NCBI GenBank assembly: GCA_965205265.1
Contig: CBDBGH010000003.1
Coordinates: 640,001 to 704,000, forward strand
Direction of reading: 5' to 3'
DNA from: Alphaproteobacteria bacterium
GTDB lineage: Bacteria > Pseudomonadota > Alphaproteobacteria > Bin95
DNA: 64,000 nucleotides
A model generated the notes under the pieces. It worked only from the letters and a program-made list of their open reading frames with translations, had not been told where the DNA came from and searched no databases. Shown one piece after another: positions 16,973 to 25,774 of the stretch. Both the position numbers and the translations under genes were made by a program. The number at the start of each line of letters is the position of its first letter. Position 1 is the first letter of the stretch.

Positions 16973-18268
16973 ATGAGCGGGGCGGCCAAAGCGGGGATCG
17001 ATCTGGGGACCTGCTACCGGTTTTTCGTTCCGCTCATCTTCATGACCGAACTCAACATGATCTCGAAGTCGGTTATCAACGCCTTCCTCGCGCGCATGGA
17101 CGACAGCAGCATCGTGCTCGCGGCCTTCCACAGCGCCTTCACGCTCTACTACTCCATCGCCAGCGGCACCGAGGTCTGCTCCCTTCTGACGCTCTCCTAC
17201 ATGCGCACCCGCCGCGCGCTCGGCCGCCTGTTGCGCTTCATGGTCATCATCGTCGCGATTCCCTGGGCTGTGGCGCAGCTGCTGGCTTTCACGCCGCTCG
17301 GCGATCTTGCGTTTCGCATATTGTTCGGTATCAGCGACGCCGCGGTCGCCGAGGCCAAAACGGCGACCTTCCTGCTGTCGCTGAGCGCGCCGATCCTGAT
17401 TTGCCGATCAATTGCCTTCGGCCTCCTGATGATCGGGCAGAAAACGATCTGCATCACCTGGGCGACGGTCGCGCGGCTGGGCTCGCTCGCCGGCTCGCTT
17501 GTCGTGTTGCCGCTTGTGCTGGAGGGTGCTGCCGTGGGCGCGGGGGCGCTGGTATTCGCCATGCTATGCGAGACGGTGGTGGCAGTCTTTTTCGCCCGGC
17601 GCATCTTTGCCGGCCTGCCCGAGCACGGCGAGGCGCCGCCGACCCTGAGAACCCAATGGCGGTTTTCCTGGCCGCTCATGCTGAACTCCTCGGCCGAGAT
17701 GGGCATGGTCTTCGCCATCAGCGTGTTTCTCGGGCGCCTTCCCGATCCCGACCTGGCGCTCGCCGCATTCGCAATCGTGTACGGTCTGGCGGGTCTGATG
17801 TTGAGCCCGCTGCGCAACCTGGTGCAGAGCGCGCAAACGCTTGTGCGCCGCGCGGACGACCGACCGGTGATCCTGAAATTCGCCGGACAGCAGATGCTGT
17901 TCTTCGGCGCCGTGGCAGCGCTCCTGTTCCACACGCCGCTCGACAGCCTTGTGCTTTCCGAGGCGATGGGTCTCGAACCCGTGCTCGAAGCCTATTGCGC
18001 GCCCGCTATGCAGATCGCGTTTGCCATGGCTGCTTTCTGGGGCCTGTCGGCAGTCTTTCGCGGCCTTCTGGCAGGCGCCAGGGTCACGGGCGCGCTCGCC
18101 GTATCCGGCATCGCCCGCATTGCTGCGGCCGCACTCGTCGCAGCCGCGGGGCTGTTGCTACCCGGCGGCAACGGAGCCATCATCGGCCTCGTCGCCTGGA
18201 TGGCGGGCTATGGCGCGGAAGCTGCCATTCTGGCGCTCCGGGTGCGTCGGCTCGGACCGCGCGGCTAG
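16973..18268 (+). CDS. MATE-fold membrane protein, ANKH-like
   Basis: Two internal halves starting RFFVPL...INAFLAR...LAAF and RFSWPL...ISVFLGR...LAAF; about 12 TM. Confidence 0.6.
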   Translation: MSGAAKAGIDLGTCYRFFVPLIFMTELNMISKSVINAFLARMDDSSIVLAAFHSAFTLYYSIASGTEVCSLLTLSYMRTRRALGRLLRFMVIIVAIPWAVAQLLAFTPLGDLAFRILFGISDAAVAEAKTATFLLSLSAPILICRSIAFGLLMIGQKTICITWATVARLGSLAGSLVVLPLVLEGAAVGAGALVFAMLCETVVAVFFARRIFAGLPEHGEAPPTLRTQWRFSWPLMLNSSAEMGMVFAISVFLGRLPDPDLALAAFAIVYGLAGLMLSPLRNLVQSAQTLVRRADDRPVILKFAGQQMLFFGAVAALLFHTPLDSLVLSEAMGLEPVLEAYCAPAMQIAFAMAAFWGLSAVFRGLLAGARVTGALAVSGIARIAAAALVAAAGLLLPGGNGAIIGLVAWMAGYGAEAAILALRVRRLGPRG

Positions 18269-18753
18269 TCCTCTTCAGCGGTCTCCTCCTCGGAGACTTC
18301 GCGGACGACGAGCGTCACGCCGTCGACCTCCACGACCGTTACTTCGGTATCCGCTGGCAGATCGCCCTCGGGCGATGCCAGGCGGAGCGCCCACATCGTG
18401 TCTCCGATCCGCACCCGGCCGCGGCCGCTGACGGTCGCATCCCGCAGCGTGGCGCGCGTGCCGACCATGCTGCGGCCGCGCCGGTTCAGGGTCGGGTGGT
18501 CGGTGGGGCCCTGTCTGAAGGCTACGAAGCGCCGCCCCAGGAAGATCGCCGCCACCGACAGGACGGCGAAAGAGACTAGTTGAACCTGCCAGTCCAATTC
18601 CGGAACGGCGGCAAGCAGCAGCCCGGTCAGGACCCCGGCGATCCCGAGCCAGAGGAAGACGACGCCCGGGACGAGGATTTCCACCAGCATGAGCAGGACG
18701 CCGAGCGCCAGCCAGTGCCAGTAGGAGATATCCTCGGGGGAAAACGTTTCCAT
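18265..18753 (-). CDS. NfeD family protein (YbbJ-like)
   Basis: WHWLALG..L..EILVPGVVFLWLG, TLNRRG, GRVRIGDTMW; next to SPFH gene. Confidence 0.9.
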   Translation of the reverse strand: METFSPEDISYWHWLALGVLLMLVEILVPGVVFLWLGIAGVLTGLLLAAVPELDWQVQLVSFAVLSVAAIFLGRRFVAFRQGPTDHPTLNRRGRSMVGTRATLRDATVSGRGRVRIGDTMWALRLASPEGDLPADTEVTVVEVDGVTLVVREVSEEETAEED

Positions 18754-18763
18754 GGACCGGGCC

Positions 18764-19765
18764 TCAGGCGCCGGAACCGGAAGGCGGCACCGAGCTTCCG
18801 CGGCGCGGGGCGGGCGGGCCCGAATCCCCGTCTTTGCCGAAGGCCTCCTTCGCGATCTCGGTGAGGCCTGCAAGTGCGCCGATCACGCCGGAGGCCTCAA
18901 GCGGCATCAGCACGACCTTCTGGTTGCGCGCGCTGGCGATGCCCTCGAGCGCCGTGACGTATTTCTGCGCGACGAAATAGTTGATCGCCTGGACGTTTCC
19001 CTCGCCGATGGCCTTGGAGACCATTTCGGTGGCGCGCGCTTCCGCCTCGGCCTCGCGTTCGCGCGCTTCGGCATCCCGGAAGGCGGCTTCCCGCCGGCCT
19101 TCGGCATCGAGGATCGCCGCCTGTTTCTGCCCTTCGGCGCGAAGGATTTCCGCCTGCCGCACGCCTTCCGCCTCCAGGATGACCGCGCGCTTTTCGCGCT
19201 CGGCTTTCATCTGGCGCGCCATGGCGTCCACCAATTGGGTGGGCGGGGTGATGTCCTTGATCTCGATGCGGGTGATCTTGACGCCCCAGGGCGCGGTCGC
19301 TTCGTCCACGACCTTCAGCAGTTCCGCGTTGATCTTGTCGCGCTGCGACAGCAACTCGTCGAGGTCCATGGAGCCCATGACTGTCCGGATATTGGTCATC
19401 GTCAGGTTGAGAATCGAGATTTCGAGGCGGCGCACTTCGTAGGATGCCTTCACGGCGTCGAGAATCTGGAAGAACACCACGCCGTCCACGGTCACCATCG
19501 CATTGTCGCGGGTGATGATCTCCTGCGAGGGCACGTCGGTCACCTGCTCCATCACATTCTGGCGCTGGCCGATGCGGTCCACGATGGGGACGATGAGGTG
19601 CAGTCCGGGCGCGAGCGTCCGCGTGTAGCGGCCGAAGCGTTCCACCGTGAACTCGAAGCCCTGCGGGACCGTCTTCACGCCCATGAACACGAGCGCCACG
19701 GCGAAGACCAGCACGACGACCACGAACACCGAAAACGGACTCAACACAGGTATCGCGTCCAGCAT
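18764..19765 (-). CDS. SPFH/stomatin family protein (QmcA-like)
   Basis: VERFGRY, QEIITRDNA, WGVKITRIEIKDI, RQMKAEREKRA. Confidence 0.9.
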   Translation of the reverse strand: MLDAIPVLSPFSVFVVVVLVFAVALVFMGVKTVPQGFEFTVERFGRYTRTLAPGLHLIVPIVDRIGQRQNVMEQVTDVPSQEIITRDNAMVTVDGVVFFQILDAVKASYEVRRLEISILNLTMTNIRTVMGSMDLDELLSQRDKINAELLKVVDEATAPWGVKITRIEIKDITPPTQLVDAMARQMKAEREKRAVILEAEGVRQAEILRAEGQKQAAILDAEGRREAAFRDAEAREREAEAEARATEMVSKAIGEGNVQAINYFVAQKYVTALEGIASARNQKVVLMPLEASGVIGALAGLTEIAKEAFGKDGDSGPPAPRRGSSVPPSGSGA

Positions 19766-19858
19766 TTTCCGATTTTCTCCAACGGGTTGGCGGGAGCATC
19801 GCTCGTTACTCGCAGAATAGGCGAGTCGCGGTTGGCGGAACAGGTGGAAAAGCCGGTT

Positions 19859-22045
19859 TCACGTCCGCTCCGCCGCGTCCCGGATTGCCCGCCAGATGCG
19901 GAACGGACTGGCGGCTCCCTCGAAGCGCGTGACGCCGAGCGGCGCCAGCGCATCGAGAATGGCGTTGGTGACGGCGGGGTATCCGGCGATGGTGCCGGCC
20001 TCGCCGCATCCCTTCACGCCAAGCGGGTTGGTCGTGCATCTCGTCGGCGTGAATGCGATGTCGAAGGACGGCAGGTCGTCGGCGCGCGGCATGGCGTAGT
20101 CCATGAAGGAGCCGGTAATCGGCTGGCCCGTTTCCGGCTCGAACACCGCTTCTTCCAGCAAGGCCTGCCCGACGCCCTGCGCGATGGCGCCATGCACCTG
20201 GCCGGCGACGATGGCATCGTCGATATGCTCGCCATAGTCGTCGAAGGCCGCATAGCGGACCAGGCGCACCGCCCCCGTCTCCGGGTCGATCTCGACTTCC
20301 GCCAGATGGGTGCCGTTCGGGAAGGTCATCCAGTCCCGCGCCCAGTGGTAATAGGTGTCGAGCGCGCCGTCCCCGGCAAGTTCGAACAGGCCGACGGTCC
20401 GGTCGGTGCCGGCGACGCGGAACTCACCCGCTTCGTATTCGATATCCGCCTCCGCCGCCTCCAGCCGGTCCGCCGCCAGGACCCGGCCCTTCTTCACGAC
20501 GATCTCGCTCGCGCGGAAAATCGCCGTGCCGGCCATATAGGTTGCGCGCGAGCTGCCATGACCGCCTCCCATGGGGATCTCATCCGTGTCGCCCTGGACG
20601 AGGCCGATCCGGCCGCTGGGCAGGTCAAGGCAGCGGGCCACGATTTCCGGGAAGGTGGTCTCGTGCCCCTGGCCGATATGCTGCGTGCCGGTCGCGAGGT
20701 CCACGCGGCCGTCGCCGTGGAAGCGCAGTTCGACATTCTCCTCCGGGAAACCGCCGGTCGCCTTGATGTGGCAGGCGAAGCCCAGACCGCGAAGCAGGCC
20801 CGCGGCCTCGCTCTCGCGCCGGCGTGCCGCGAAACCCCCGGCGCTCCGCTCGGCAAGCGCAAAACCCTCCCGGAAGGCGCCGCTGTCCACCGTGAAGCCA
20901 AGCGCATTCGTCATCGGCAGGCCGGATACGAGATTTCGGCGCCGCAGCTCCTCCCGGGCGATGCCCGTCTCTGCCGCCGCCTTGTCGATCAGCCGTTCGA
21001 GGATATTGACCATTTCGGCGAAACCCGGCCCGCGCGTCACGCCCTCGGGCGGCGTATTGGTCAACACCGCCCGAATATGCAGGGCAACGGCCGGAATGGC
21101 ATAAACCGAGCCGGCCAGATGGACGAATTGGCCTGTCTGGACGCCGCCCGCGACATTGCCGAACCATGCGCCTGCGTTCGCCGTGCTCGCGACCCTGAGC
21201 GCCAGAAAGCGCCCTTCGCCGTCGAGCGCGAGCTCGGCCTCTGCGCGCTGGCCCCGGCACTGGTGGTCGCTCAGGAAGACCTCGGAGCGCGTCGCCATCC
21301 AGCGCACCGGGCGTCCGAGCCGCTGCGCGGCCCAGAGCAGCAGTACATGCTCGGGATAGGCGAAGTTCTTGACGCCGAAGCCTCCGCCCACGTCCTCTGC
21401 GATAAAGCGCACCCGCTCGGGCTCCACGCCGAGGCATGCGGCCACATGGTCGCGATTGACATGCAGGTTCTGGCTGGAGAGCCGGAGTGTGTAGCGGCCT
21501 TCCTCCGGGTCGTAGAAACCGGCCGCACCGCGCGGCTCCATCGGGTTGATGACCACGCGATGGTTCAGCAGTGCGATCCCGACCCGGTGGGCGGCCCGCG
21601 AGAATGCCGCTTCGACGGCTTCGGCGTCGCCGGTCCGCCAGTCGAGGCAGACCCTTTCCGGCTCCGGGTCCAGCGCCTCATAGACGACCCGCACCCGGTC
21701 CGCCGCATCCAGGGCCTCGTCCGGCGTGGCCCCGGTAACGAAAGCGACCGGCTGGCCCGCATAATGGGCGGTATCCCGCGCCAGCAGCGGCTGCGCCTCG
21801 CAATCGAACGGCTCGCCCGTCTGCATGTTGGCGGGCTGGTAGGGTCGCAGGCCCCCGAGGCCGGCAATGTCCCCCGCGGTGAAGACCTGCACACCGCGGC
21901 CCTCGACCGCCCGGATGCGGGCATGCGCATGCGGGCTGCGCAGAAACGCTGCCCAGAGCGCGCCCGGAACACCGATGTCGTCCAGATAGCGGCCCCGTCC
22001 CATAATGAACCGGGCGTCCTCGCGCCTGCCTGCCACGTTCCCCAC
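19859..22045 (-). CDS. Xanthine dehydrogenase/CoxL family molybdopterin-binding large subunit
   Basis: RREDARF..G.GRYLDD, RSPHAHA, GGGFGVK, GQGHET, GQVHGAIAQGVGQAL, NPLGVKGCGEAG; start approximate. Confidence 0.85.
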   Translation of the reverse strand: MGNVAGRREDARFIMGRGRYLDDIGVPGALWAAFLRSPHAHARIRAVEGRGVQVFTAGDIAGLGGLRPYQPANMQTGEPFDCEAQPLLARDTAHYAGQPVAFVTGATPDEALDAADRVRVVYEALDPEPERVCLDWRTGDAEAVEAAFSRAAHRVGIALLNHRVVINPMEPRGAAGFYDPEEGRYTLRLSSQNLHVNRDHVAACLGVEPERVRFIAEDVGGGFGVKNFAYPEHVLLLWAAQRLGRPVRWMATRSEVFLSDHQCRGQRAEAELALDGEGRFLALRVASTANAGAWFGNVAGGVQTGQFVHLAGSVYAIPAVALHIRAVLTNTPPEGVTRGPGFAEMVNILERLIDKAAAETGIAREELRRRNLVSGLPMTNALGFTVDSGAFREGFALAERSAGGFAARRRESEAAGLLRGLGFACHIKATGGFPEENVELRFHGDGRVDLATGTQHIGQGHETTFPEIVARCLDLPSGRIGLVQGDTDEIPMGGGHGSSRATYMAGTAIFRASEIVVKKGRVLAADRLEAAEADIEYEAGEFRVAGTDRTVGLFELAGDGALDTYYHWARDWMTFPNGTHLAEVEIDPETGAVRLVRYAAFDDYGEHIDDAIVAGQVHGAIAQGVGQALLEEAVFEPETGQPITGSFMDYAMPRADDLPSFDIAFTPTRCTTNPLGVKGCGEAGTIAGYPAVTNAILDALAPLGVTRFEGAASPFRIWRAIRDAAERT

Positions 22046-22090
22046 TCCCGCTTTCGGGCTATAGTAGCCGCGTTGCGAGGGGAGAGTCCC

Positions 22091-23476
22091 ATGGCCGAAC
22101 TCTGGGAGCTGACTGCGGAGGAAGCGGTTCGCCGGCTGACCGCGGGCGAGGTGTCGCCGCTGGAACTGGTGGACGCTTCCATTGCCCGGATCGAGGCGGT
22201 TGACGGGGCGGTGAATGCGCTGCCGCTGCACCGGTTCGACCGCGCCCGCGATGACGCCAGGCGGCTCAGCGATGTGCCGCCCGGCGACCGGGGGCTGCTG
22301 GCCGGCCTGCCCATCGCCATCAAGGACCTGATCGACGTGGAAGGCATGCGGACGACCTACGGCTGTCCGCTCTATGCCGAGAATGTCGCGGCCAAATCCG
22401 ATCCGCTCGTGACCCGGCTGGAGGCGCGCGGCGGCATTGTGGTGGCCAAGTCGAGCTCTCCGGAAATGGGCATGATGCCGGTGACGACGAACCGGGTCTT
22501 CGGCCACACGCGCAACCCCTGGAACCTCGAGACGACTCCGGGCGGCTCGTCGGGCGGCGCCTCGGCGGCGCTGGCGGCGGGCGAGGTCTGGCTCGCGCAC
22601 GGCTCCGACATAGGCGGCAGCCTTCGCATCCCGGCGGCCTTTGCGGGCGTGTGCGGTCTGCGCCCGAGCCCCGGGCGGGTGCCGCGCACCCATTCGCACC
22701 GCTGCTTCAACCATATGTCGGTGCAGGGCCCGATGGCGCGGTCGGTGGGCGACATCGCACTCTTCCTCGACGCCATGTCGGGCCTTCTGACAAGCGACCC
22801 GCTGAGCCTGCCCGATCCCGAGGGCTCCTTCCGGGCCGAAGGCAAGCGACCGGCCCGCATCGGCTATGTCGCGGATATCGGGCTTGGCGGCGTCGAACCC
22901 GATGTCGCCGCGGTCGTCGAGGGCGCGCTCGCCAGGCTGGACATTCCCGTGGAGCCCATTGCGCTCGATTTCGGCGACATGGCCCGGCTGTTCTCGGTGA
23001 TGATCGCGCACAACACCCTGATCGAACGCGCGGACTTCATTGCGGAAAACCGGGAGAAGCTGGAGCGCGTGCTGGGCCTGCTGCTCGACTTCGCCAACAC
23101 GCTCACCGCCGAGGATTTCATCTGGGCGGAGCGGGAGCGCGCCGCCGTGTTCCAGCGCCTTTGCCAGGCGTTCGAGCAGGTCGATGTCATCGTGATGCCG
23201 ACGGTCTGCTGCACGGCCTTTTCGGTCGAGGAGCGCGGCGCCCGGGTGGACGAATGGTCCGAAGCGCCGCCGCCCTGGTTCCAGCAATGCTGGGGCACGG
23301 TGCTGACGTCCTGCCCGATCCTCGCGATCCCGGCCGGCCTCGCGCCGAACGGCATGCCGGTCGGCCTCCAGATCGTCGCGCCGGTCCGGCGGGAAGACAT
23401 GGCGATCGCCGCGGGCCGCGCCATCGAGGAGGCGGCCGGCGCGCTCCCGGCCATCGACCCGCGGCCGGCCTCCTGA
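22091..23476 (+). CDS. Amidase signature family protein
   Basis: PIAIKDL, GGSSGGAS, GSDIGGSLRIPA; GGAGAG RBS. Confidence 0.9.
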   Translation: MAELWELTAEEAVRRLTAGEVSPLELVDASIARIEAVDGAVNALPLHRFDRARDDARRLSDVPPGDRGLLAGLPIAIKDLIDVEGMRTTYGCPLYAENVAAKSDPLVTRLEARGGIVVAKSSSPEMGMMPVTTNRVFGHTRNPWNLETTPGGSSGGASAALAAGEVWLAHGSDIGGSLRIPAAFAGVCGLRPSPGRVPRTHSHRCFNHMSVQGPMARSVGDIALFLDAMSGLLTSDPLSLPDPEGSFRAEGKRPARIGYVADIGLGGVEPDVAAVVEGALARLDIPVEPIALDFGDMARLFSVMIAHNTLIERADFIAENREKLERVLGLLLDFANTLTAEDFIWAERERAAVFQRLCQAFEQVDVIVMPTVCCTAFSVEERGARVDEWSEAPPPWFQQCWGTVLTSCPILAIPAGLAPNGMPVGLQIVAPVRREDMAIAAGRAIEEAAGALPAIDPRPAS

Positions 23477-23512
23477 CTCCCGGATATCCAGCCCCCCAAC
23501 GGAGACCCCTTC

Positions 23513-23977
23513 ATGGTCGGAAAGATCGACGCCCGCCTCGCCGAACTCGGCATAGAACTGCCCGATGCACCCGCACCCGCCGCCAACTATGTGCCCTGGG
23601 TCAGGAGCGGCAATCTGCTCTTCGTGGCGGGCCAGGTTTCCGGCAACAACCAGGGTATCCACAAGGGCCGCCTCGGGGACGATCTCGGCCTCGAGCAGGG
23701 CGTCGCTGCGGCCAGGGCCTGCGCGCTCAACCTCATCGCGCAGGCGAAGGCCGGCTGCGGGGGCGACCTCGACCGCGTGGCGCGCGTCGTCAAGCTCGGC
23801 GGTTTCGTCAATTGCACGCCGGACTTCGTCCAGCATCCCCAGGTCGTGAACGGTGCCTCGGACCTCATCGTCGAGATATTCGGCGAGACGGGCCGCCATG
23901 CCCGCTTCGCTGTGGGCGCGCCATCCCTGCCGATGGGCTTCGCGGTCGAGGTCGATGCCGTGTTCGAGATCGACTGA
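23513..23977 (+). CDS. RidA/YjgF family protein
   Basis: PAANYVP, VVKLGGFVN, NGASDL, GRHARFAVG. Confidence 0.9.
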   Translation: MVGKIDARLAELGIELPDAPAPAANYVPWVRSGNLLFVAGQVSGNNQGIHKGRLGDDLGLEQGVAAARACALNLIAQAKAGCGGDLDRVARVVKLGGFVNCTPDFVQHPQVVNGASDLIVEIFGETGRHARFAVGAPSLPMGFAVEVDAVFEID

Positions 23978-23983
23978 CCCCCC

Positions 23984-25144
23984 GTGCCCGACGGCAAGGA
24001 ACCGATCTCCGTCCGGATCGCGTCGGGCATAGACGCGGTTTGCGCAGAAGACTGGGACGCCTGCGCCGGAGACGGCAATCCGTTCGTTTCGCACGCCTTC
24101 CTGAAGGCGCTGGAAGACGGCGGCGCCGTCGGGGCCGATACCGGCTGGCTGCCGCAGCATCTCGTGGTCGAGGACGAAACGGGCCGCGTGTCGGGCGTCG
24201 CCCCCTTCTACATGCGCGGCGACAGCTATGGCGAATATGTCTTCGACCACGGCTGGGCGCATGCCTTTGAGCGCGCGGGCGGACGCTATTACCCGAAGCT
24301 GCTTTCCGCTGTGCCGTTTTCGCCCGTGCCGGGCCCGCGCCTGCTCGTTCGCCCCGGCGCTTTTGCCGAACAGGCGCGCGCGGCGCTCGCTTCGGCAATG
24401 GTCGAAATCGGCAAGCGGGCCGGCGTGTCGTCGGTGCATGTCAACTTTCTGCCGAAGGAAGAGTGGGACTATCTGGGCGAATTCGGTTTCCTCAAGCGGC
24501 TCGGCCAGCAATATCACTGGCACAATGACGGCTACCGGAGCTTCGACGATTTCTTGGCCGCGCTGAACTCGCGCAAGCGCAAGACAATCCGCAAGGAACG
24601 CCGGAAGCTGGAGGAATGGGGCCTCACGTTCGAAGCGCTCAGCGGCGACGGCCTCAGGGAGGAGCATTGGGACCTGTTCCACCGCTTCTACCGCAACACG
24701 GTGGACCGGAAATGGGGCGGGGCGTACCTCACGCGGGACTTTTTCTTCCGCCTGCACGAGACCATGGCCGACAAGACGGTGCTGATTGTTGGCCGGCGCG
24801 AAGGCAGGATCGTCTGCGGCGCGCTCAACATGCTGGGCGCGGACACGCTCTACGGGCGCAATTGGGGCTGCGACACGCGCTTCCGCTTCCTGCATTTCGA
24901 AGCCTGCTACTACCAGGCCATCGACTATGCGATCCGCGAGGGCCTCCAGCGGGTCGAGGCCGGCGCCCAGGGCCAGCACAAGATCCAGCGCGGCTACGTC
25001 CCGGTCGAGACCTACAGCGTGCATTGGATCGCCGACCGCAATTTCCGCCGGGCGGTCGCGGACTATCTGGAACGCGAGCGCGATGCCGTCGGCGACGAAA
25101 TCGAGTTCCTCGCCGATTTCTCGCCGTTCCGCAGAGAGGGATAA
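23984..25144 (+). CDS. GNAT-fold FemAB-like protein (DUF482)
   Basis: SYGEYVFDHGWA, YYPKL, LYGRNWG, LHFEACYYQAI, EAGAQGQHKIQRGY. Confidence 0.9.
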   Translation: MPDGKEPISVRIASGIDAVCAEDWDACAGDGNPFVSHAFLKALEDGGAVGADTGWLPQHLVVEDETGRVSGVAPFYMRGDSYGEYVFDHGWAHAFERAGGRYYPKLLSAVPFSPVPGPRLLVRPGAFAEQARAALASAMVEIGKRAGVSSVHVNFLPKEEWDYLGEFGFLKRLGQQYHWHNDGYRSFDDFLAALNSRKRKTIRKERRKLEEWGLTFEALSGDGLREEHWDLFHRFYRNTVDRKWGGAYLTRDFFFRLHETMADKTVLIVGRREGRIVCGALNMLGADTLYGRNWGCDTRFRFLHFEACYYQAIDYAIREGLQRVEAGAQGQHKIQRGYVPVETYSVHWIADRNFRRAVADYLERERDAVGDEIEFLADFSPFRREG

Positions 25145-25166
25145 CCGCCGGCAGCGCCGACCCAGC

Positions 25167-25770
25167 GTGTCATGGGATGTCATGTTTTGTCATGTTTCCC
25201 ATGCATGCGATTTATGTTCCCATGCCAATCCCGGCATAATACCAACCGCGCCGGGCTGCGCCTCATGAGGAATGCCGCCGCCCCCGGGCCTCGTGCCGCG
25301 GGAGGGGGCCGGATCGACGCCAGGGCGCCGTCCGGAACGATGGGAGATGTTCGTCGGTTCCTACTTGCCGTTATTGGCGCGCGCCTCCGTTTCGAGTTAG
25401 GGTTCCGGGTATTCCGCCGGTGTTTGCCGTCTTCATGTTTCGGGCATGGCTCCCTGCTTCCCGCTCCATTGCCGTTCCCGTCTCCCCGCCGCTGGCCTGC
25501 CCGGGCAGCGGACCCTGATTCGCGCGTAATGTGCGCGGGCGCCCGCGCCCGCCAGCGCGCGTTTCGCGGCGGCGCGAATCGCGCGCCTGATTGCCCGCGC
25601 GCGCGAGGCCTGAATGCGGGCGCACGTCTCCCGTCCGTTCCAAAGGGGTTATTTTGCGCCGGCGCCGGCGCGGACGGCGAAGCGGTTTCCGGATGCCGCT
25701 TCTATCCTATACTATCACAGAATTTTCCATTGTCAAATCATATTGAGAAATATTACTAATTCAGTGAACA
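25167..25770 (-). repeat. Dispersed promoter-leader-cargo-CATGAC module, copy B
   Basis: TTGACA-N16-TAGTAT (25736-25709), leader 25635-25507, GGGAG+ATG at 25447, GTCATG at 25169/25179/25189. Confidence 0.75.
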
Positions 25771-25774
25771 AATC

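Noticed and set aside
19859-22045. Aerobic CO dehydrogenase coxL
   Set aside because: Lacks the AYXCSFR and AYXGAGR loops and has no coxS/coxM neighbours
18752-25183. Giant ORFs of 1574 aa (+) and 1774 aa (-)
   Set aside because: Stop-poor antisense frames in high-GC DNA fused to real genes; only 22091-23476 (+) and 19859-22045 (-) carry family motifs
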